Part shown: in pieces, positions 56,583-64,000 of the stretch
Layout of the letters: the number at the start of each line of letters is the position of its first letter
Position numbering within the stretch: position 1 is the first letter of the stretch
NCBI GenBank assembly: GCA_045401115.1
Contig: CP174359.1
Coordinates: forward strand, 355,247-419,246
DNA from: Candidatus Phycocordibacter aenigmaticus
Lineage (GTDB): Bacteria; Patescibacteriota; Minisyncoccia; Phycocordibacterales; Phycocordibacteraceae
Direction of reading: 5' to 3'
Length of the DNA stretch: 64,000 bases
Notes under the pieces: model-generated
The model's database searches: none
Seen by the model: only the letters and a program-made list of their open reading frames with translations
Told to the model about the DNA's origin: nothing
Position numbers and translations under genes: made by a program

Positions 56583-57194
56583 TTATGTCACACTCTTTAT
56601 ATCCGCAATAACCTCTGGAAAGTTTTCGCCAATGAAATGATGTCGGTCGTCAAAGGTGCGTACCGTTGCTTTGGGGAGTCTTTCTACATATCGCGTGAGA
56701 TGTTCATAAGGGACGACCGGATCATCAGTGCTGTGGTAGAGGAATAGACTATCTACCTGTGTGGCTATGTTATCGAGGTTATCAGGGAGAACAAATTCGC
56801 TGTCTTTATAGCGTGGGTGTTCCTTATCAATATGCGGGGCAGCCACTGAAAAGAAACCGCGTATTTTTTTAGGAATAGTTTCTTCAGCCAGATATTTCAT
56901 TAAAAACAACCCACCAAGAGAATGACCAAGGAGTATTACCCCATCATCAATAAGAGGAATAATATTTTCGAATACCGCTTTCCATTCAATATACCGCGGA
57001 GCATCTTTAAACGGCATGCGCGGTGAGAGCACGTCGTACTCATGTCCGAGTGTTTTTTGTAGGTTACCGCGCCAACTTTGTTTTGACCGTAAGCGGTCAA
57101 GAGTTATTTCTTTATTTTTAATTTCTTTAAGAAACGCATCGCGAGAATAGCCAATAAATTCACCTCCACCATGTATGGACAGAACTTGTTGCAT
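56583..57194 (-). CDS. RBBP9/YdeN-family alpha/beta hydrolase
   Basis: IHGG, GHSLG, HSTDDPVVP and HF motifs. Confidence 0.85.
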   Translation of the reverse strand: MQQVLSIHGGGEFIGYSRDAFLKEIKNKEITLDRLRSKQSWRGNLQKTLGHEYDVLSPRMPFKDAPRYIEWKAVFENIIPLIDDGVILLGHSLGGLFLMKYLAEETIPKKIRGFFSVAAPHIDKEHPRYKDSEFVLPDNLDNIATQVDSLFLYHSTDDPVVPYEHLTRYVERLPKATVRTFDDRHHFIGENFPEVIADIKSVT

Positions 57195-57197
57195 AGA

Positions 57198-58307
57198 TTA
57201 TGCACGTACTCGGTTCATGCGAGAAAGAAAAGCATCGGCCGGAATGGTTTCTTGTACTTGGGTCTCTGTATTTTTTAGAATTACCGTGCCATCGAGTGCT
57301 TCGCGTTGTCCGATAATTACGATGTATTTTGTTTGCGCTGCTTTTGCACGTTCCATCTGGTCTTGAATGGTATCAGCAAGCAGTGCCTGTTCAAGCGCAA
57401 TTTGTGTGCGCCAAAGTGCATCAAGGAGTGTAAAGGCACGCATTTTTGCAATTTCTCCAACATGAACCACAAAACATGATGGTGTGTAATCGTGGTGCGA
57501 TGCACGCATATTTAATTGGTCACTCAACGCGACACTAATACCGATAATATCTGTGCGCTCTTTCTTTTTACCGCGTTTATTTTCATGGAATCTACCACCG
57601 CTTGCAACACGAACAACGGTCCCTTTTTTATCTTCAGCTTCAATAGCAAACACAAGTTCACGTTGTGTATTAGGGGAATAGGGAAGTCGTGCGTCAAGTT
57701 CATATTCAATCTCGAGTGTTTCAAATAGTGAGATTGTCTCTAGCATTATTTTTCGTGATGATTCTGAAAGATAGTCTATGGTGCGTGGCAGATGTTCAGC
57801 AAGAGGGTTTTCTTCTTCAATAAGTGTGCGTGCCGCACCATCAGGGTCCTTTGCTGACATTTCCACTACATCTTCAGGGAGATCTTTTAAGTATTTTTTA
57901 AAGAAATTACCAAGCTCTCGTACATAACGTTTTCGTGAATCTTCGTCACCGACTGAAGAAATAAGAACGATTGGGTTATTAAAACCTGCTGCTTCAACAG
58001 TCGACAAAGCCGCTTTCACCACAAATGCTTGTGCGATTGAAAGTTTAGGGCTTGCGGCGGCAAATACTACATTAGTGCCACCACCTTTTTTTGCAGTGGC
58101 CCATGTTTGTGTTGTTTGTTCAACATGACCCAAGCGGCTCGCAAGTGTTGCAACCAATGCGGTATCTCGATCTGTATCTTCAGGTATATCTTGCAAATCG
58201 TTTCTCGTGATTGTGGAGGGTGTTGCACCAAAGCCGTAGGTTTGCGCAATTGATGATACAGCGGCGTCAAGTGATTCGTAACGTGGTCCTCGTTCAAAAG
58301 TTTTCAT
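57198..58307 (-). CDS. Degenerate histidyl-tRNA synthetase-like protein with HGTP anticodon-binding domain
   Basis: SGGRF, LVF and C-terminal Q...A.....YIVIIGQRE.LDGTV.LKN. Class II motif 2 not recognisable. Confidence 0.65.
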   Translation of the reverse strand: MKTFERGPRYESLDAAVSSIAQTYGFGATPSTITRNDLQDIPEDTDRDTALVATLASRLGHVEQTTQTWATAKKGGGTNVVFAAASPKLSIAQAFVVKAALSTVEAAGFNNPIVLISSVGDEDSRKRYVRELGNFFKKYLKDLPEDVVEMSAKDPDGAARTLIEEENPLAEHLPRTIDYLSESSRKIMLETISLFETLEIEYELDARLPYSPNTQRELVFAIEAEDKKGTVVRVASGGRFHENKRGKKKERTDIIGISVALSDQLNMRASHHDYTPSCFVVHVGEIAKMRAFTLLDALWRTQIALEQALLADTIQDQMERAKAAQTKYIVIIGQREALDGTVILKNTETQVQETIPADAFLSRMNRVRA

Positions 58308-58318
58308 AAGTAAAATGG

Positions 58319-58891
58319 TTATGGTGATAGTTGGTAATCATGTGCCCCGGGGAGTATTTCAAGGCGGCTTGGTGGTAAAAGTCGCATATACGCACGACCG
58401 ACGATTTCGTCGCGCTTTAATACTCCCCATGTACGAGAATCTGAACTTTTTTGACGATTATCTCCTAATACAAAGTATTCATCTTCACTAAGAGTGTATG
58501 CGCCATATTCATCTTGAAGCTGGTCTAATTCCAGGTAATGTTCATCAAGTACACGTGGAGGGGTTTCAATCCCTTCACGATGAATACGGATACGGTTTCC
58601 TACTATTTCAACAGTTTCTCCAGGGAGTCCAATAACTCGTTTTATAAAAAATACCGAATTATCTTTCGGATAACGCAAAATAATGACGTCACCACGCGCT
58701 GGCTCATTAAAACGATATGAAACTTGATCAACAATGAGGTATTCACCGCTCGAGAATGTCGGTTCCATTGACGCACCACGGACAATAAACGGTTGGGCGA
58801 TAAAAAAACGAATCGGAATAACAACGAGAAGCGCAATCAGTGCAAACTTTACTAAGTCATCAACAACACCATCACGTTTAGTTGTCTTCAT
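58319..58891 (-). CDS. lepB: Signal peptidase I
   Basis: GASMEPT, IKRVIGLPG, GDNR..S.DSR motifs. Confidence 0.93.
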   Translation of the reverse strand: MKTTKRDGVVDDLVKFALIALLVVIPIRFFIAQPFIVRGASMEPTFSSGEYLIVDQVSYRFNEPARGDVIILRYPKDNSVFFIKRVIGLPGETVEIVGNRIRIHREGIETPPRVLDEHYLELDQLQDEYGAYTLSEDEYFVLGDNRQKSSDSRTWGVLKRDEIVGRAYMRLLPPSRLEILPGAHDYQLSP

Positions 58892-59040
58892 TACCGAACA
58901 TTGTACCTACGTGAACACTGAAGTCAATGTATTTGGACTATACGCACTGGCGCCTCACGTTTTAAAAGGTAGAATAGAGTGTACGGTCGGTAATTTTTTA
59001 GTATTACTGACTACATACTGCAAAATATTTTCTATTTTTT

Positions 59041-59655
59041 ATGTTTACTATTGTTGGATTAGGAAATCCGGGAAGCGAATATACTTACACGCGGCATAAT
59101 GCGGGACGCAGTGCAGTGCAAGAGCTTGCTGAGGCGCATGATATTGCGCTTAAAGAGCATAAAAAACCAAACTTGTTGGTTGGTACCGGTGATATATATG
59201 GTGAGCGTACTCGTTTAATTGTGCCGGACACTTTTATGAATAAGTCTGGTGCAGCAGTATCTAAATATGTAAAAAGCGTAAACGCGGCAAAGAAACTGAT
59301 TGTTGTACATGATGAGATAGACCTACCATTAGGTATTGTGCGTGTTTCATTCGGTTCTCGATCGGCAGGACATAATGGTGTAAAAAGTATTGAGCGTGCT
59401 ATTAAAACAAAAGAATTCATTAAAATTCGTATCGGTGTTGCAAAGCCGGGAAAAAAGAAGGGGAGCATAATTGCCAAAAAACCCACAGGGGACCAAGACA
59501 CGGTCGATTACCTTCTTGGAAAATTTACAAAAACAGAACGAGAAAAACTTGGAGGACCTATTCAAGACCGAGTATTGCTTTCTATACAAACTATTCTTGA
59601 AACTCGTGACCCCATACAAGGTATGAATGCTGTAAATGGTTTACCCCCACTGTAG
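59041..59655 (+). CDS. pth: Peptidyl-tRNA hydrolase
   Basis: VGLGNPG, TRHNAG, MNKSG, HDEID and GHNG motifs. Confidence 0.95.
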   Translation: MFTIVGLGNPGSEYTYTRHNAGRSAVQELAEAHDIALKEHKKPNLLVGTGDIYGERTRLIVPDTFMNKSGAAVSKYVKSVNAAKKLIVVHDEIDLPLGIVRVSFGSRSAGHNGVKSIERAIKTKEFIKIRIGVAKPGKKKGSIIAKKPTGDQDTVDYLLGKFTKTEREKLGGPIQDRVLLSIQTILETRDPIQGMNAVNGLPPL

Positions 59656-59741
59656 AGGTATTGTTTATATATACGCATTTAATTAAAAAATAATCCTGCA
59701 AAACAGGATTATTTTTATGTGTGTGTGAAGAGAAAACAATC

Positions 59742-60833
59742 TTATTCTCCAATTTGAGTATAAGAGAGCGTCATTTTATGCTCTTCTGGCTCAAAGAGGG
59801 TAATCTTGAATTGGTATACCTTACCAAGTCCAAGAGTTTCTTTAAGTTGTTCTTCACTTTCAAACTCTGAAACATGCACCAAGCCGGCTACACCTTCTTC
59901 GATTGAAGCGAGGGCACCATACTTGTTGTACTTGATAACTGCCGCCTCCACGAGGTCGCCCTTTGTGTACTGTTTCGCAGCAGATTGCCATGGATCTTCA
60001 CGTAGTTGCTTGATTGAGAGTGAGATTTTTCCATCTTTCACTTCAATTACCTTCACTTTTGTTTTATCACCAACTTTAGCAAAGGTGCGAGGGTCTTCCA
60101 CAAGGCCCCAGTCAATTTCAGAGATGTGTACTAATCCTTCAAGGCCGCCTTCAACTTTAACAAAGATGCCAAAGTCAACGATGCCAGTCACTTCTCCTTC
60201 GAGTACATCACCAACTTCGTATTTTTCTACTGCAGCTGCTTGTGATGTTTCTTCGGTCGTGTCACGTTCTGAGAAAATAAGTTTTCCTTCGCGTGGGTCA
60301 GCGGTAATGATACGTACGGTGAACTGCTCACCAATAAGCTTTTTCAATTCATCAAGAATCAGCATTTTTTCACCACCTTCAACACGTGGATAGTGTTCAG
60401 GTTTGAGCTGACTTGCTGGTAGAAATCCATTGATACCTTGCCAACCAATAATCAAACCACCTTTGTTAGCGTCTTTTACAGGGAGCTCAAATACGGTGCC
60501 TTCAGCAATTGCTTCTGCGGCATCAGACCAAATCATGGCCTGACGAGCTTCTTTAAGTGAAAGCTCAATATAACCGTCTTTATTTTCAGTATTTACAATT
60601 TTTGCAGAGACAGTGTCTCCGTGCGCAATCTTTTTAAGAATGTCACGAGCTGCAAGGTATTCGCGTCCATAGATAATACCGGTTCCAAATGGAGGAAGGT
60701 CGATATATACACGGCCACTTTGAATAGCCACTACAGGACCTTCAATAGTCTCACCTTCACTCGGCGGTGCCGGCGTCTCTTCAATAAAGGTGTTCATAGC
60801 ACCTGTGTCTTTTTCTTGTTCTTGTGTAGTCAT
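59742..60833 (-). CDS. rpsA: Ribosomal protein S1 (four S1 domains)
   Basis: Repeated S1 domains (GFLPASQ, EGLVHISE, GLVHVSE). Confidence 0.9.
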   Translation of the reverse strand: MTTQEQEKDTGAMNTFIEETPAPPSEGETIEGPVVAIQSGRVYIDLPPFGTGIIYGREYLAARDILKKIAHGDTVSAKIVNTENKDGYIELSLKEARQAMIWSDAAEAIAEGTVFELPVKDANKGGLIIGWQGINGFLPASQLKPEHYPRVEGGEKMLILDELKKLIGEQFTVRIITADPREGKLIFSERDTTEETSQAAAVEKYEVGDVLEGEVTGIVDFGIFVKVEGGLEGLVHISEIDWGLVEDPRTFAKVGDKTKVKVIEVKDGKISLSIKQLREDPWQSAAKQYTKGDLVEAAVIKYNKYGALASIEEGVAGLVHVSEFESEEQLKETLGLGKVYQFKITLFEPEEHKMTLSYTQIGE

Positions 60834-60980
60834 AGTCAGTGATCAATCTGGCTTTCATTACCTTACGATAATGAGGGTTACTCCAGATCGAAGTGGAACT
60901 AAAAAATCGCTTTAGCGCGATTGCCGTACTATAGCGCTTGTACCTGGAAATGGCAACCGTTTACGTAATGCAATACATCG

Positions 60981-61022
60981 CACACCCCCTGGTCAACACC
61001 CGGGTGTTGACCAGGGGGTGTG
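60981..61022. repeat. Perfect 42-bp palindrome
   Basis: CACACCCCCTGGTCAACACCC|GGGTGTTGACCAGGGGGTGTG is its own reverse complement. Confidence 0.95.
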
Positions 61023-61080
61023 AACATCAATACACACTATTTTATAGTGTTGCGATACGGAGTAAGGTATACTTTCGCAT

Positions 61081-61707
61081 ATGGTTATTACATATCTTGG
61101 AGGAAATTGTTTCAAACTCACTTCTGGTGATACTACTATTGCCGTAAACCCACCAGCAGCTGGAAGTAAACATAAAGTATCAAAATTTGGTTCTGATATC
61201 GTTATTATCCCTGTCGAACACGAAGACTGGAATGGTGTGGAGACTGCAACCCATGCTTCAAAAGAACCTTTTGTCGTTCGCGGTCCTGGTGCGTATGAAA
61301 TTGGTGATGTTGTGATTACCGGTTATGCGGCCCCAGGCGCGGTTGTCGGGGAGAACAGTGATTATGGTAATACCGTCTACGCCGTGCAATTTGACGGTAT
61401 GAAGCTGCTTTTGCTCGGCGCATTAGCGTCAGAGAGTTTACCGCAAGAGGCACGCGCTGAGGTAAGTGGTGTTGATATTGTTTTTGTGCCACTTGGAGCG
61501 AATGTGCTTGATGGGAAGAGTGCACATAATCTTACGGTGGCATTGGAGGCAAATGTACTGATTCCGCACGCGACAAATGGTGACGAAGACTTGAAAGCGT
61601 TTATTAAACTTGCTGGTGCGGAAGGAGTAAAAGCGCAAGATAAACTAACACTTAAACCAAAAGATCTTACTGACCTAAGTGGTGAAGTGGTACTGCTTAA
61701 AAAATAG
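61081..61707 (+). CDS. MBL-fold protein (degenerate metal site)
   Basis: ITYLG..CFKL start, GPGAYEI, DIVFVP and LIPH motifs. Confidence 0.75.
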   Translation: MVITYLGGNCFKLTSGDTTIAVNPPAAGSKHKVSKFGSDIVIIPVEHEDWNGVETATHASKEPFVVRGPGAYEIGDVVITGYAAPGAVVGENSDYGNTVYAVQFDGMKLLLLGALASESLPQEARAEVSGVDIVFVPLGANVLDGKSAHNLTVALEANVLIPHATNGDEDLKAFIKLAGAEGVKAQDKLTLKPKDLTDLSGEVVLLKK

Positions 61708-61770
61708 TGAGTGCCATATGGTGGATTGTGTAGCTTGAATACTATTATTTAGCGGTACAATTCAAAAGCA

Positions 61771-61986
61771 ATGCTTTTAGACTATATTGAACGCTTAAGG
61801 AAGCAACCGCTTGTCCAACGGAGACGTATTGCTACCAGTGTGACAATTGTCATTGTTATTTTTTTAGCACTTATCTGGTTTGGGAGTAAACTCATACCGT
61901 ATTTCACTAGTTCATCAAAAATTAAAGAAACCACCCCGTCAACGTATCAAAAAGATTCAGGAATTCGTGCTCCATATGAAGAGTAA
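61771..61986 (+). CDS. Small hypothetical single-TM protein
   Basis: 71 aa, basic N-terminus followed by a TM helix. Confidence 0.6.
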   Translation: MLLDYIERLRKQPLVQRRRIATSVTIVIVIFLALIWFGSKLIPYFTSSSKIKETTPSTYQKDSGIRAPYEE

Positions 61987-62030
61987 TGGTCTGTATTCTC
62001 TCCTGAATAATTGTTATACTAATATAAAAT

Positions 62031-64000
62031 ATGGCCCGTAAAAAAAATAACGAGACTCCTGAAGAAATTCCACAGCATACTGGAGTGATTGAGCACTCTA
62101 TTGTTGAGGAAATGCGTTCAAGCTATTTGGATTATGCCATGAGCGTTATTACGTCTCGTGCGATTCCTGATGTGCGTGATGGTTTAAAGCCGGTACATCG
62201 TCGCATTCTCTTTACAATGCATGAGTTGAATCTTAATCCCGGGGGGAAGACGCGTAAGAGTGCAAAAATTACTGGTGATGTGACCGGTAACTATCACCCG
62301 CATGGAGATGCGGCAGTATATGATTCACTTGCGAAAATGGCGCAAGATTTTACATTCCGCTACCCATTGGTTATTGGACAAGGTAACTTTGGTTCAATAG
62401 ATGGCGATGCTCCGGCTGCGCCACGTTATACCGAGGCAAAAATGAGCCGTGTTGCAGTGGAGATGCTTCAAGACATTGAAAAGGAAACAGTTGCGTGGCG
62501 ACCTAACTATGAAGGAACTCGAAAGGAGCCTATTGTATTACCTTCAGTGCTACCGAATCTTCTTTTGAATGGAACTCTCGGAATTGCAGTTGGTATGGCA
62601 ACTAATATTCCGCCACATAACTTAGGTGAACTTATTGATGCAACTGTACATCTTGCTGATAATCCAAAGGCGTCTATCGATGACTTGATGGAATTCATTA
62701 AAGGACCTGATTTTCCAATGGGAGGAATTGCCTACAATATAAAAGACATTGCTCAGGCGTACGCAACAGGACGAGGATCAGTAGTAGTACGCGGAGAAAC
62801 TGATATTACGGAAGACAATAAAGGAAATCCGCAAATTGTTATTTCATCTATTCCGTATCGTGTTAACAAGGCTGATTTGATTGTAAAAATTGCTGACCTG
62901 GTCCGTGACAAGAAACTTGATGGTATTAAAGACTTACGCGATGAATCAACCAAAGACATTCGTGTAGTTATCGATTTGAAATCATCAGCACAGCCACAGG
63001 CGGTATTGAATTATTTGTATAAACATACACAACTTGAAGACTCATTCCACTTCAATATGGTGACGCTTGTCGATGGTGTACCGCAAACGCTTTCACTCGA
63101 TGGCATTCTTTCTAATTTCATTGAGCACCGCAAAGAAGTAGTGAAGCGTCGCACTGAGTTTGATCTACGTAAAGCACAAGACCGTGAACATATTTTACTT
63201 GGTCTTAAGAAGGCACTCGATCATATTGATGAGATCATTGCGCTTATTAAGAAAGCAAAAGACGTACCAACAGCGCACGCTGAGTTGATGAAGAAATTTA
63301 AATTCTCTGATCGTCAAACCACCGCTATCCTTGAAATGCGTCTTTCAAAACTTGCCGGTCTTGAGCGTAAGAAAATTGAAGAAGAATTAAAGGAAGTGCA
63401 AAGTTTAATTAAAGAACTCGAGAGCATTTTAAAGTCACCAGCAAAAATGCTGACAGTAATTAAAAATGAATTAAAAGCAGTTGGTGAAAAACATGGCGAT
63501 GAGCGTCGTACAAAAATTGTAAAAGGTGGGGTGAAGAGTATGTCTATGGAAGACCTTATTCCAGATGAGCCGGCAATGATGACATTGACGAATAATGGAT
63601 ATATTAAACGCACGAACCCATCTGAGTATAAGAAACAAAAACGCGGAGGCGTAGGAGTGGTTGATCTGTCAACTAAAGATGAAGATTTTGTCACTCGGTT
63701 TGTTGAAGGTTCAACACATGATGCAGTATTGCTCTTCACTGATAAAGGCAAGGTATACCGTACTCGTATGTACGATATACCTGAAGGACGTCGGGCAACG
63801 AAAGGTAAGTCGGTGATGAATGTGCTACCTCTCTCGCAAGAAGAACACGTGACGAGTGTGGTTATTGTGCCAAACGGTAAGAAAAAAGATGATAGTCATG
63901 CTGATTCGTTTATGTTGGTCACACAACATGGGGTCGTTAAGAAGGTGGGAGCTGACCACTTCGAGGATGTTCGCAAAAGTGGCATTATTGCTATAAAACT
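62031..64000 (+). CDS. gyrA: DNA gyrase subunit A (3'-truncated by the window edge)
   Basis: Translated manually: SYLDYAMSVI, DGLKPVHRR, YHPHGD, AAPRYTE, GIAVGMATNIPPHN and QKRGG.G GyrA-box-like motif. Missing from the ORF track because it has no stop in the window. Confidence 0.95.
   Translation, partial: MARKKNNETPEEIPQHTGVIEHSIVEEMRSSYLDYAMSVITSRAIPDVRDGLKPVHRRILFTMHELNLNPGGKTRKSAKITGDVTGNYHPHGDAAVYDSLAKMAQDFTFRYPLVIGQGNFGSIDGDAPAAPRYTEAKMSRVAVEMLQDIEKETVAWRPNYEGTRKEPIVLPSVLPNLLLNGTLGIAVGMATNIPPHNLGELIDATVHLADNPKASIDDLMEFIKGPDFPMGGIAYNIKDIAQAYATGRGSVVVRGETDITEDNKGNPQIVISSIPYRVNKADLIVKIADLVRDKKLDGIKDLRDESTKDIRVVIDLKSSAQPQAVLNYLYKHTQLEDSFHFNMVTLVDGVPQTLSLDGILSNFIEHRKEVVKRRTEFDLRKAQDREHILLGLKKALDHIDEIIALIKKAKDVPTAHAELMKKFKFSDRQTTAILEMRLSKLAGLERKKIEEELKEVQSLIKELESILKSPAKMLTVIKNELKAVGEKHGDERRTKIVKGGVKSMSMEDLIPDEPAMMTLTNNGYIKRTNPSEYKKQKRGGVGVVDLSTKDEDFVTRFVEGSTHDAVLLFTDKGKVYRTRMYDIPEGRRATKGKSVMNVLPLSQEEHVTSVVIVPNGKKKDDSHADSFMLVTQHGVVKKVGADHFEDVRKSGIIAIK

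Noticed and set aside
60841-60890. Stem-loop in the rpsA leader as a novel riboswitch
   Set aside because: A single hairpin with no recognisable aptamer. Structured rpsA leaders are expected.

Overview
A gene-dense, low-GC bacterial chromosome segment. It looks like a Patescibacteria/CPR (Parcubacteria-type) genome; this is inferred from the housekeeping-only gene content, short ValS and S1, Fe-S-less repair glycosylases and many apparently leaderless genes. It carries housekeeping genes (typA, rnj, secG, groES/EL, lemA-htpX, murJ, lepA, valS, tsaD/tsaC, ftsA/ftsZ, ybeY, lepB, pth, rpsA, the 5' part of gyrA), redox and envelope genes, RNase P RNA and six tRNA genes. No integrase, transposase or CRISPR array was recognised. 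The most striking signal is non-coding. Five of the six tRNA genes (Ser-GGA, Arg-CCT, Phe-GAA, Val-GAC, Ser-CGA) are followed by a ~180-270 bp element with one architecture: tRNA, then a trailer hairpin, an antisense copy of that tRNA's own T-arm/acceptor 3' end, a conserved structured core, and a direct copy of the tRNA 3' end. The cores fall into two sequence families with compensatory base changes, while the flanking copies track whichever tRNA is upstream. Other notable items: a divergent cloverleaf-like RNA with the tRNA-Phe acceptor stem, a 104-bp tandem duplication of GCA-triloop hairpins upstream of tRNA-Arg, a dispersed TAAACGGCTCA palindrome family, a perfect 42-bp palindrome, an unannotated 37-aa membrane peptide and a catalytically degenerate HisRS paralogue. 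All product calls come from motif recognition by eye, with no database search.
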